Below are positions 25,475 through 37,720 of a DNA stretch of 64,000 nt, piece by piece (within the stretch, counting starts at the first letter, position 1; the number at the start of each line of letters is the position of its first letter). The notes beneath the pieces are model-generated. The model did not search any database. It had not been told where the DNA came from and saw only the letters and a list, made by a program, of their open reading frames with translations. The position numbers and the translations under genes were made by a program. The DNA comes from Octopus sinensis. Its lineage: Eukaryota. The DNA is taken from NCBI RefSeq assembly GCF_006345805.1, contig NW_021832564.1, forward strand, positions 35,257-99,256, given 5' to 3'.

Positions 25475-25589
25475 GTTGTTGTTGTTGTTGTTGTTATTAT
25501 TATTATTACTATTATTGTTATTATCATTCTTATTGCTATTATTATTATCATTATTATTATTATTATTATATTATTATTATTATTATTAC

Positions 25590-25620
<31 letters not shown>

Positions 25621-25653
25621 TAGTTTTATTTTTATAGCGTGCTTTCACTTCAC

Positions 25654-25690
<37 letters not shown>

Positions 25691-25860
25691 GTTGTTGTTG
25701 TTGTTGTTGTTGTTATTATTATTACTATTATTGTTATTATCATTCTTATTATTATTATTATTATTATTATTTATTATTATTACTATTATTATTACTATTA
25801 TTATTATTATTATTACTATTATTATTATTATTATTACTATATTATTACTATTATTATTAC

Positions 25861-25899
<39 letters not shown>

Positions 25900-25925
25900 T
25901 ATTATACTATTATTATTATTATTAC

Positions 25926-25957
<32 letters not shown>

Positions 25958-26141
25958 TATTACTATTATATTATATTATTATTATTGTTGTTGTGTTGTT
26001 GTTGTTGTTATTATTATTATTACTATTATTGTTATTATTATTATTGTTGTTGTTGTTGTTGTTATTATTATTATTACTATTATTGTTATTATCATTCTTA
26101 TTACTATTATTATATTATTATTATTATTATTATTATTACTA

Positions 26142-26172
<31 letters not shown>

Positions 26173-26323
26173 TATTATTATTTTATTATTATTATTATTG
26201 TTATTATTATTATTAGTATTATTATTGTTATTATTATTATTATTATTATTATTGTTGTTGTTGTTGTTGTTGTTATTATTATTATTACTATTATTGTTAT
26301 TATCATTCTTATTACTATTATTA

Positions 26324-26369
<46 letters not shown>

Positions 26370-26372
26370 TAT
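25360..26372. repeat. About 1-kb compound (CAT)/(TAT)/(TGT) trinucleotide array
   Basis: Direct reading. Confidence 0.95.
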
Positions 26373-26918
26373 GACGCATTAAACTCCAGAAAATCGGTTA
26401 CACGTCTTTGTGAGGGTGGCGACGGGGGTCCGGAATATTACTTAACTCTGTTTTGTTTGTAACATTTTCTTTCTTAACACTTCATCAATTCGATGTGTTG
26501 TTCTTAGCGGAGTGTCTTTTTGTCAGCTTTCTCCTCCTCCTCCTCCTCCTCTTCCTCCTTCTTCTTCTTCTTCTTCTTCTTCTCTGTGTCTACCACACCC
26601 CCACACTAACCACTGCCACAATTCGCACCACCACCGCCACCACCCCACCACCACCACCGCCGCCACCGCTACCAACAACACTAATCCACCCACAGAACAT
26701 CCCTCCTAACTAACATCAACCGAAATGACAGCGGATTATACGAAGTACTTTAAAGCATTACGCTGCAGCCCTATGTTTGTGTGTATGCGCTAATGTATGT
26801 GTTTATTTATGTAGGTGTGTGTGTGTGTGTGTGTGTGTGCGCACGCGCGCGTGTGTGTGTCTGTGTCTGTGTGTGTCTCTGTGTGTGTGTGTGTCTGTGT
26901 GTCTGTGTCTGTGTGTCT

Positions 26919-27001
<83 letters not shown>

Positions 27002-27726
27002 AAGGAGAGACGAAACTCAGAAAGCAGTTAGTTCATAGAAAATCTAAAAAGATCAAATCTTATTCTGCTTCACCTAATTTCCTCCTGGTTCCAGTCAGAG
27101 AAACGTTTGCGCCTTCAACTCCAGCAACAATAAATAAGGCTTTCTGGGTTGTCTTTAATTAATTTGCCAATCTTTATGGGGTTTTTCCCATCGGTTTTGC
27201 CAGAAGGTATGTGCAATGTTATTGAGCAATATACTTAATTGTCGATCATTGAAACAAAAAAAAAAAGACATATAATGCAAAACAACGAAATGGCTTTAAT
27301 GACAAATTAATAAATTATCATAACACACACACACCACCACCACCACCACCAACGCCGCAGTCGCTGCAACCGCCGCCGCAATCTAAAATAATTGATTATT
27401 CTTTTTTTACTTTAATACTAAACAACAGACTAGCAAGGAGGATGGGTGTTTGTAGAACCAACAATCCTTATTTTATACCTTGTTATCTAACCTATCGATC
27501 CGTTTGCAAAATTTGAAATCAGAATATAAAGGGAAAGGAACGTTGAGATACCTAGTTCGACGATCTAACGTTTCGTAAATAATTAAATGAAATACGGGTA
27601 CCTGTACCTAGGTGTAAATTAGTGTAGATTATAAGAAGTTCCGGGGTCATCTATGTACGGAAAGTCGATGTTGCAGCTGTTATAGATTTGCTTTTGTCTA
27701 ATTTCTTACAATATGGAGTCCAATAT

Positions 27727-28114
27727 GTGGAAGCACTCCGTCGGTAACGACGATGAGGGTTCCGGTTGATCCGAATCAACGGAACAGCCTGCTCGTGAAA
27801 TTAACGTGTAAGTGGCTGAGCACTCCACAGACACGTGCACCCTTAACGTAGTTCTCGGGGATATTCAGCGTGACACAGAGAGTGACAAGGCCGACCCCTT
27901 GAAATACAGGTACAACAGAAACAGGAAGTAAGAGTGAGAGAAAGTTGTGGTGAAAGAGTACAGCAGGGATCACCACCATCCCCTGCCGGAGCCTCGTGGA
28001 GCTTTTAGGTGTTTTCGCTCAATAAACACTCACAACGCCCGGTCTGGGAATCGAAACCGCGATCCTATGACCGCGAGTCCGCTGCCCTAACCACTGGGCC
28101 ATTGCGCCTCCACA
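27727..28114 (-). mobile_element. SINE family B, full length, young
   Basis: 12-bp TSD ggagtccaatat; nearly identical to 19155-19544. Confidence 0.92.
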
Positions 28115-28190
28115 GGAGTCCAATATAGTCATACTAACAAGATCCAGTTCGTTTTTAGTTGGGTTTAATAAGTCCACGTTTTGCATTGGA

Positions 28191-28730
28191 TAGAGTGGCC
28201 CAAAAGTTACTAGGCCATTTTAATATATAATAACGATTTTACAATTAATTTTTTCAATCTTAGAAAGAGCCGTCTTTGTCAAGAACAAAATGGTGTCCAT
28301 TTGAAGGACGTAATTTTCAAAACTTAACTGGCACTCATTCCGAGCCTGCTCGTGAAATTAATGTGCAAATGGCTGAGTATTCCACAGATACGTGTACCTT
28401 TAACGTAGTTCTCAGGGAGATTCAGCATGTCACAGAGTGGGACAATGCTGGCCCTTTGAAATACAGTTACTACTAATTTTTTCTGGCTAAGTGGACTGGA
28501 GCAATGTGAAATAAGGTGTCTTGCTCAAGCACACAACGCGTCACCGGGAGTTGAACTCACGTTCTTAGAATCGTGAGTCGAATGCCCCTAATCACTAATC
28601 CACGCGCTTCACTAATTTTCAAAACTAATCAAAATGTTTTCCAAGAAGTGTGTTGTTTATAAATGGGAATATTTGATAAGTAAAAGAATTATGATATTTT
28701 GAAATGCTCTGTGACTTTTGGGCCACCCTG
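28191..28730. mobile_element. Tc1/mariner-type MITE containing a nested SINE
   Basis: TIRs tagagtggcccaaaagttac / gtgacttttgggccaccctg (3 mismatches). Confidence 0.75.
28340..28613 (-). mobile_element. SINE family D nested in the MITE
   Basis: Reverse complement of 54648-54975. Confidence 0.85.
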
Positions 28731-28893
28731 TGAAAATGTTGCAGAAGCAAAATATCTTACATTACCCTTAACTGACGCTAATATTGAAAACCAGTCCTCT
28801 TTATTTCATGTGACTCCCTTTCTCTCTGTCTCTCTTTCTCTCCCTCCTTCTCTCTCTCTCTTTCTCTCTGTCTCTCTCTCTCCCTCCTTCTCC

Positions 28894-28943
<50 letters not shown>

Positions 28944-29399
28944 GGATCAGGAAACAGAACTACACTTTTCGATGTATCCCTGGATAGCTACGATAGAAGG
29001 AAAATACATTTAATCAGTTTGTGTGGACTATACACTAAAGATAGAACATAATCCACTAATAGAGGGTTATACAGAGACGACGGGCAGGATTCCGGATCGT
29101 TGGTTATGAGTTAAAATCCGGCTGAGATCACCTTCGTCTTTCATCCAACAAATGTCGATAAAAGAAGAACCAGTCTAGACTGGAAAATTGTCGAAATCGC
29201 TAGAGTGTTAAACAGGTTGTTTTGTTCTATATTTCTGGTCCGTGTTCAAATCCCGCCCTGGTATATTTAGACGGTAGACTTAGCACTTCTATATATATAT
29301 ATTGTTTGTGTGTGTGCGCGCGCGCGTAGAGAAGTATGCGCATGATTGCATGTAGTATAATGCAGAGGTGTGTGATTATAATCTTTGTTATTATTAGGT

Positions 29400-29757
29400 C
29401 TGTCTTTAATTCCGCCGAGGTCGACTTTGCGTTCATCCAACCCGAATCGATGAAATAAGTACCAGTAATCGACTAGCCCCCTCCCCTCAAAATTGCTGCC
29501 CTTGTGGCAAAGCTTGAAGCTATTATCAAGTTTGTTTTGGAAAGCACTGAGATGGCAGAATTGTTAGCATATTGGAAAAAATGCTTAGCGATATTTCGTC
29601 CGTCTTTACGTTCTGAGTTCAAATTCCGCCGAGGTCGGCTTTGCCTTTTATCCTTCAAGGGTCGTTAAATTAAGTACCAGTGAAACAGTGGGGTCCATGT
29701 AATCAACTAGTCCCCTCTCCCAAAAGTTCGGGCCTTGTGCTTTTACTAGAAAGGATT
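29400..29757 (+). mobile_element. Two older SINE family C copies (29400-29530, 29545-29757), tail type 2
   Basis: ccgccgaggtcgactttgc..catcc.. body; ccctctccc..aaa..gggccttgtgc tail. Confidence 0.75.
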
Positions 29758-31744
29758 ATTATGTTTGTCCTGGTATTGCCCTTCTCATCTGTCACCCTGG
29801 TGGCAAATAAAAGGAATTAGTAGTAGTAGTAATAATGCTCTTTTATCTGATGGAAAAAAGTGTTAGTATCTTTTGTTGTTGTTGTTTTCCTTGTATTTGG
29901 TGATTTTGATGACTAGCAATATTTCATTCTATACGATCAAAGGCGTTCCAGTCGTGACCTACTTCTATGCCATCTTTAGTACTCAGGCGCAGTACATCTA
30001 AGAAAGCATTATACAAAGTGCCCTTTGTTATCCAAGACATTGCGGTGTAGCTTGGCTTCTATTTCTAGCAATTAGCAAGTGACACAGCAGTGTTACGATG
30101 GCTCATAATAGAGCAGGAAAATGGCGGTGGGGTGTGTTTTAATGGTGGTGTTTAAAGTGATAGTGGTCTTAAATGTTATAGTGTTGATAGGGGCCAGTAG
30201 GGATGCTGATTGGTATTGGGACTGTTGGTGACAGTCATGGTGAGAGAGGAGCTGGTGGAGGTGGAGGAGCGTTGTGGCGAGAGTAGTGATAGTGGTGGTG
30301 GTGGTGGTGGTGGTGGTGGTGGTGGTGTGGTGGTAGTGGTGGTGATCGTCTCCTCCTTTAAAGGGATATCGAGAAGAAAGTCGGTCGAGTTAGGGAACAA
30401 GTGGATATGCAAGCTTGATGGGTTTTGATTGTTCACTTGTGTAATTTTAATGTTATCGGTGGGGGAGTCGGCTGTAATTGTAGTAGTAGTAGTAGTAGTA
30501 ATAGTAGTAGTAGTGTAGTAGTAGTAGTAGTGGTGGTGGTGGTGTGGTGGTGGTGGTGTGGTAGTGGTGGTGGTGGTGGTGGTAGTGGTGGTGGTGGTGG
30601 TGGTGGTGGTGGGTGGTGATTTTAGTCGCTGAGGTGGTAGCTTATAATTATCTAATTTCCACCTGCTCGTAGATGATATGTGTGTGTGTATTTACATACA
30701 CACACACAAACACACACACACACACATATATATATATATTTACATAGACACACATATATATATTTACATACACTTATATAGATATATATGCATATATACA
30801 TATACACACACACACACACATATATATATATACATATATATATACAGAGAAAGGGATATGTGTGTGTGTGTGTGTGTTTGTGTGTGTGTGTTGTGTATAC
30901 ACCCTTACACAGACACACCACACACACTTACATACTGAAAAAGAGGAAGAGAGAGAAAGAGAGATTACATATCTCCTTAATTCCCAATTAGCCGATGAGT
31001 TAAGGAGAAAAAATGGGTTTGTAAGGGAAGCAAGCAATTAATGGTAGGGTTTGTATAAGATCGCGTTGGGATCGGTGGAGCAGCGGTGGAGCAGCGATGG
31101 TAGATAAAGGCTCAATCGGTCGCTTTTTGCAGTAAGTTGTTTTCTGAAAGGGGGCGGGGCGATGTGAGATAACAGAACAGAAAATAATCACAGGAGGAGG
31201 ATGTCATCATCGTCCCCATTATCATCTTCATCATCTCCATTATCATCGTCATCATCTCCATCAGCGTCATCATCCTTACTTTCATTATCTTCATCGTCGT
31301 CGTCATCACCATCATTATCGCCATTATCAACAACATTATCACTATCATAACACCATCTCAATCGTCATCATCATCATCATCATCATCATTATGAGAATAA
31401 CGATTTCTATCATAACACAGTCGTTGGGCCATATATTCTGGTGGGGGGAAGGGTTATGTTAGTGTCTATCATATCAGACCCCAGTATTTAACAGATACTT
31501 TCTTTAAGTAACCCTGACGGATGAAAGACAAAGATCGACTCCGTTATGATTTGAACTCTCAACGTAAAGGGCTGTAACAGCATAACGCTGTCCATTCCTT
31601 CTTTTACCTCGGCTTCTATAGTTTCTGCCACACCACTGTCTCCTGCAATCAATATGGGAATAATGTGGAAGCTCCTGCGTACTCGCTAAACCTGTTGGAA
31701 ATTGCAACCAATTTTCATTCAAACATATTCGACATGATATGGTA

Positions 31745-32714
31745 AAATGCGGCCTTAGATATTCTGAATAATAAATGGCAAGAAAAACTTCTCTATGGCA
31801 AATACCCAAAGAGAGCGAACAATGCGGATATTGACAAAGCCCTGACCCATCAATGGCTAATGGCCTCTGGCTTAAAATCTGAAACAGAAGGGTTTATCAT
31901 AGCAGCTCAAGATCAATGCCTACCAGCCAACATATTAAAGAACGGCAGTAGCCCAACATGTCGTGTATGTCGACAATAAAATGAAACCATTGATCATGTT
32001 GTCTCCAAGTGCAGTCTTCTAGCGCCTACAGAGTACCTCAACAGGCATGATAGAGCTGCACCATATATTCACTGGGTAATTTGCAAAAACCTGGATTTGC
32101 CCCATGAAAAAAACTGGTGGGAACACAATCCACCTCCAGTGCTTGAAAATGACCACATCTCACTCCTCTGGAACTTCACCATTCAAACTGACAGAAAGAT
32201 AGATGCAAACAGGCCAGACATCATATTGAAAGACTTCAGACAAAGAACATGCCTCCTCATTGATATGACTGTCCCAATCGATATAAACGTATCTGTCAAG
32301 ACCTACCAAAAACTGAGCAAATATAAAGATCTTGAAATAGAAATCAGCAAAATGTGGAACCTGAAGACTAAAACAATACCTGTTGTCATAGGTGACCTGG
32401 GAATGATAGCGAAAGGGGCTGATTGCTCCCTAACTCAGATACCAGGAAACCCCAAAATGGCAGAAATTCAAAAGATAGTGCTCATGGGAACTGCTCATAT
32501 CCTACGCAAAATACTCTCTATGTAATCTCAAGGTTTAAAACAAACTTTTTTTTTTATTTATTTATTAGACATTCACTAGTACAACACAAAAAAAAAACCC
32601 AAATATATGGCACACTAGGCATAACAACAACGTGAACTTTCAACTTGTCTCTTGAGGTCTCTGGGTGAGACTTGAAGCCAACTTGTACAAACATAAAGCA
32701 AAAGTCAAACATAG
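31745..32714 (+). mobile_element. R4/Dong-like LINE (type 1), 5'-truncated, with CCHC and REL endonuclease
   Basis: LKSETEGFIIAAQDQCL, CRVC..ETIDHVVSKC, RHD, RPDIILKD..IDMTVP, KLSKYKDL, TIPVVIG, GTAHILRKILSM*; 3' UTR ends gtcaaacatag(aat)n. Confidence 0.92.
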
Positions 32715-32728
32715 AATAATAATAATAA

Positions 32729-33027
32729 GCAAGAATTGTCCATTGGACACTTTGGAATAAGTATGGACCTGACAGAGCAAAAAAGTGGTACGAACATAAA
32801 CCCGAAGGTATCACCGAAAATGATAATCTAAAGATCCTATGGGATTCTATGATTCAGTGCGACCATGAGATAGAGAATAGGAAGCCAGGCATAGGCTCAA
32901 TTGAGAAAGAAAGCAAGCTATGCTGGATCATAGATCTAGTATGCCCAGCTGACAACAAGGTATGCGATAAGCAAGAAAGAAAAGTCGAGAGATATGACAG
33001 GTTAGCTTGGGAAGTTAAGCAGTTGTG
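32729..33027 (+). mobile_element. R4/Dong-like LINE REL fragment (type 3)
   Basis: ARIVHWTLWNKYG..KWYEHKPEGITENDNLKILWDSMIQCDHEIENRKP..WIIDLVCPAD..KVERYDRLAWEVKQLW; begins immediately after the (AAT)n tail of the preceding element. Confidence 0.85.
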
Positions 33028-33124
33028 GTACTTAATTTATCGACCCCGAATGTATGAAGGGCAAAGTCGACCTCGGCAGAATTTGAATTCAGAGCGTAAA
33101 GACGGACGAAATACCGCTAAGCAT
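33026..33124 (-). mobile_element. SINE family C fragment
   Basis: Reverse complement of head/body; truncates the preceding LINE fragment. Confidence 0.8.
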
Positions 33125-33494
33125 AAGTGGCGGCAGTGGTGGTGGTGGTGGTGGTGGTGGTGGTGGTGGTAGCGGCGATTGTTACGAGTGTATTTGGATG
33201 GTGTATGGTGATAGTTGAGTAAATACGTTAGTGGCGAAATTAGAATGCAGAACGATGGTGTATGTAGTAGTAATAGTAGTAGTGGTGGTGGAGGTGTTTG
33301 TTGCTGAAGTGGTAGTGTAGCGGTGTTGGATGTAAAGGCTGCGTTAGTAGTAGCGGTGATGGTGATGGTGACTGTTATTGCAAATGGTGGCGAGGTGTTG
33401 AAGTGGTGGCGGTGGTTGGGACAGGGGTGAATGTGACTGTATAGAGTTGTGGTTAGGGTGGGGATTTTGGTAGTAGTAGTAGTAGTAGTGTAGT

Positions 33495-33529
<35 letters not shown>

Positions 33530-34399
33530 TAGTAGTAGTAATGGTGGTAGTGGTGGTAGTGGTGGTAGTGGTGGTGATGGTGATGGTGGTGGTGGTAGTA
33601 ATAGTAGTAGTAGTAGTAGTAGTAGTAGTAATGGTGGTAGTGGTGGTAGTGGTGGTAGTGGTGGTAGTGGTGATGGTGGTGGTGGTGGTGGTAGTAATAG
33701 TAATAGTAGTAGTGGTAGTGGTGGTGGAATTAGTAGCAGTAGTAGTAGTATTAGTGGTGGAATTAGTAGCAGTAGTAGTATTAGTGGTGGTGGTGGTGTG
33801 GTGGTGGTGGTTGTAGTAGCTGTGATGGGTGTGGAGGTGTGAAGGTGACGTAGCGATTGATGGTGGTAGCGATGGAGATGGCGGTGGGGATGGTACTGAT
33901 GGTTGTCGTCATGTGGAAATTATAGTGGTGTTTGTAGTGATGCAGAAAATTCTGTTGTTTCTTCAGGGATGAAGTCGAGGATTACCAGAAGTGGTGGTGG
34001 TGGTGGTGGTGGTGGTGTAGTTTTTATGTCGGTGATGCTTGCTTTGGCTCTGTAGTATTTATAGGTAGTGGTGGTGTGAGGACGGCGGGTGGGGGTAGCG
34101 CTAGTGATAGGGGTGGAGTGGATGTACTGAGAAGACATGTCATTTAATCTGATTATATGTTAGAACTGGTAGAGTGGTGGGATAAATATATCTTGTCATA
34201 TTTAATTACATATCTTTACGTTTAGTGTTCAAATCTTCCACGGGTCAAGTTTGCCTTTCATCTTTCCGAGATCGATAAAAAAAATAATGAATATCCCCTC
34301 GAAGTTTGTTTCATCGAGTGTTTTATATTTCGTTTTTTTCTTTTTCTCCTGGTTTATAAGGATATTGTGTGGAAATAATAGTAGTAATACTCTCTTAAC

Positions 34400-34792
34400 T
34401 ATAATACCTGTTTCAGTCATTTGACTGTGGCCATGCTGAAGCACCGCCTTTGGTTGAGCAAATCGACCCCGGGACTTATTTTTTGGAAGCCTAGTACTAA
34501 TTCTATCGGTCTCTTTTGCCGAAGAAATAAGTTACGGGGTCGAAAAACACATCACCATCGATTGTCAAGCGATGTTGGGGGGACAAATATAGACACAGAA
34601 ACATACACACAAACATATATATATATATATATACACAATGGGCTTCTTTCGGTTTCCGTCTACCAAATCCACTCGCAAAGCTTTGGTCGGCCCAAGGCTA
34701 TAGTAGAAGACAGTTGCCCAAGGTGCCATGCAGTGGAACTGAACCCAGAATTATGTGGTAAGCAAGCTACTTACCACACAGCCACTCCTACA
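34400..34792 (-). mobile_element. SINE family A, full length
   Basis: Head to tail match on the minus strand. Confidence 0.88.
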
Positions 34793-34794
34793 GC

Positions 34795-34838
<44 letters not shown>

Positions 34839-35093
34839 CAACAACAACAACAACAATAATAATAACAATAACAATAATAATAATAATAACAATAACAACA
34901 ATAATAACAATAACAATAATAATAACAATAATAACAATAACAATAATAATAACAATAATAATAATAACAATAATAACAATAATAATGATGATGATAATAC
35001 TAATAATAATAATAATAACAATAACAATAACAATGACAATGACAATAACAGTAATAATAATAATAACAATAACAATAATAATAATAATAATAA

Positions 35094-35125
<32 letters not shown>

Positions 35126-35145
35126 ATAATAATAATAATAATAAT

Positions 35146-35386
35146 GTGATGCGTAGAACAGCCCATATCCTACGCAAAATACTTTCTATGTAATCTCAAG
35201 TTTTAAAACAAGCACATAATTTTCTTATGGTTTCTTAAACATTCTCTAGAACAACACTATGTACAAAACCAAATATATGGTACCCTAGGTATAACACCAA
35301 CATGAACCTCTAATTTGTTGTCTCTTGAGGTCTCTGGGTGAGACTTGGATCCAACTTGTACAAATATAAAGCAAAAGTCAAACATA

Positions 35387-35387
<1 letters not shown>
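35146..35387 (+). mobile_element. R4/Dong-like type 1, short 3' end inside an (AAT)n array
   Basis: TAHILRKILSM* plus the same 3' UTR as 32714 and 41715; (AAT)n on both flanks. Confidence 0.9.
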
Positions 35388-35418
<31 letters not shown>

Positions 35419-35503
35419 TAATAATAATAATATAATAATATAATAATAATGATGATAATAATAATAATAATAATAATAATGATGATGAATAATAATAATA
35501 ATA

Positions 35504-35538
<35 letters not shown>

Positions 35539-35568
35539 TAATGATGATAATAATAATAATAATAATAA

Positions 35569-35599
<31 letters not shown>

Positions 35600-35600
35600 A

Positions 35601-35649
<49 letters not shown>

Positions 35650-35759
35650 CATGATGATGACGATGATGATGGTGGTGGTGGTGGTGGTGGTGATGATGAG
35701 GATGAGGATGACGATGATGATGATAATAACAATAAGAAGAAGAAGAAGAATAATGATGA

Positions 35760-35790
<31 letters not shown>

Positions 35791-35899
35791 GGTGGTGGTG
35801 GTGGTGGTGGTGATGGTGGTGGTGGTGGTGGTGGTGGTGGTGGTGGTGGTGGTGGTGGTGGTGATGATGAGGATGATGATGATAATGATGATGATGATG

Positions 35900-36079
<180 letters not shown>

Positions 36080-36219
36080 GGCCTAGAAAGTTGAAAGACG
36101 TGGTTTGATCAAATCCAGGAAAGAGTTACGAAGAATGAAGATTGCAAAATTTTGTGGGCTACAATGATTCAGAAACCTGACATTGTTGTGGTGAATAGAA
36201 AAGAAATAAAGATGCCATA

Positions 36220-36405
36220 GGCGCAGGAGTGGCTGTGTGGTAAGTAGCTTGCTAACCAACCACATGGTTCCGGGTTCAGTCCCACTGCGTGGCATCTTGG
36301 GCAAGTGTCTTCTGCTATAGCCCCGGGCCGACCAATGCCTTGTGAGTGGATTTGGTAGACGGAAACTGAAAGAAGCCCGTCGTATATATGTATATATATA
36401 TATGT

Positions 36406-36464
<59 letters not shown>

Positions 36465-36658
36465 TCCCCCTAGCAGTGCTTGACAACCGATGCTGGTGTG
36501 TTTACGTCCCCGTCACTTAGCGGTTCGGCAAAAGAGACCGATAGAATAAGTACTGGGCTTACAAAGAATAAGTCCCGGGGTCGATTTGCTCGACTAAAGG
36601 CGGTGCTCCAGCATGGCCGCAGTCAAATGACTGAAACAAGTAAGCGAGTAAACGAGTA
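36220..36658 (+). mobile_element. SINE family A, full length
   Basis: tRNA head, CORE-like segment, internal (TA)/(GT)n, tail. Confidence 0.92.
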
Positions 36659-36663
36659 TGCCT

Positions 36664-36912
36664 GATTATTGACATAGCATGTCCTGCTGACGACAGTATC
36701 GAAAAGGAAATAAAATGGAATAACTGTAGTGAAGTGGAGTGGGGGAAACGCTGACTGTGACCAGGAAAGAGGGTGGATGTAATAGTGATTGGCACGCTTG
36801 GAAGTATCAGCACTCAACTTACCAACATGGCGCAAAATGATTGGTACAAATGTAAAGGTAGAACACCTACAAAAACCATCTTTACTTGGGACTGCAAAAA
36901 GTTCTCCACAAA
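36664..36912 (+). mobile_element. R4/Dong-like REL fragment (type 2), degenerate
   Basis: IIDIACPADD..; VIVIGTLGSIS..; KMIGTNVKVEHLQKPSLLGTAK. Confidence 0.75.
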
Positions 36913-37011
36913 GTCGATTTCTGCGGAATATTTGAACCCAGAGCGTAAAGACGGACGAAATGCTGGTATGCACTTTGTCCAGCGTGCTTAACGATTCAGC
37001 CAGCTCGCTGC
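36912..37011 (-). mobile_element. SINE family C head fragment, degenerate
   Basis: Reverse complement of gcgagctggc..cgttaagcacgc..atttcgtccgtctttacgctctg. Confidence 0.7.
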
Positions 37012-37063
37012 TTATAATAATAATATAATAATAATAATATATAATAATAAATAATAATAATAG

Positions 37064-37124
<61 letters not shown>

Positions 37125-37134
37125 TAATGTAATA

Positions 37135-37169
<35 letters not shown>

Positions 37170-37720
37170 TAATAACATATACATAATAATATATACAATA
37201 TAATATATACATAACATTGAACTCAGAAAGTTATTTAAAAAAAAGAAGAAAAAAAAATCTTCGGCGAAAACATCAGATAATATGTGTGAGTGAATATACA
37301 TATATATACATATACATATGCATGTGGTGAAGAAGAAAAGAGAAAGGAAAAAAAAAATAAATAAATAAATAAACGTAAACAGGTTTGACCTTTTACTGAC
37401 CATTAACGTCCTTTGTCTCCACCATCTATTTATAGACCCAAAGAACATGAATTCTTTAACCACCCATTCTCCAACACAATGGAGTGCTGATGGTGGCTGT
37501 GGCTACACATTGAAGATGATGATGGTGATGGTGATGTTGCTGATGATGGTGATGGTGGTGAAGATGATAGTAATAACAATAATAACTGACAGATCCCGTC
37601 TTTTTCCCTTTCTTTTCGTTTCCTTCTCCGTATTTTATTCTCATTATTTCGAACTAATACAGACACAGTAAGCCTTGAAGAAAGGAGAGGAAGGAAGGAG
37701 GAAAAAAAAAAAAAAAAAAA

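Noticed and set aside
31622-31741. Plus-strand exon candidate after a good pyrimidine tract
   Set aside because: The apparent donor coincides with the 5' junction of the Dong-like insertion; peptide unrecognised
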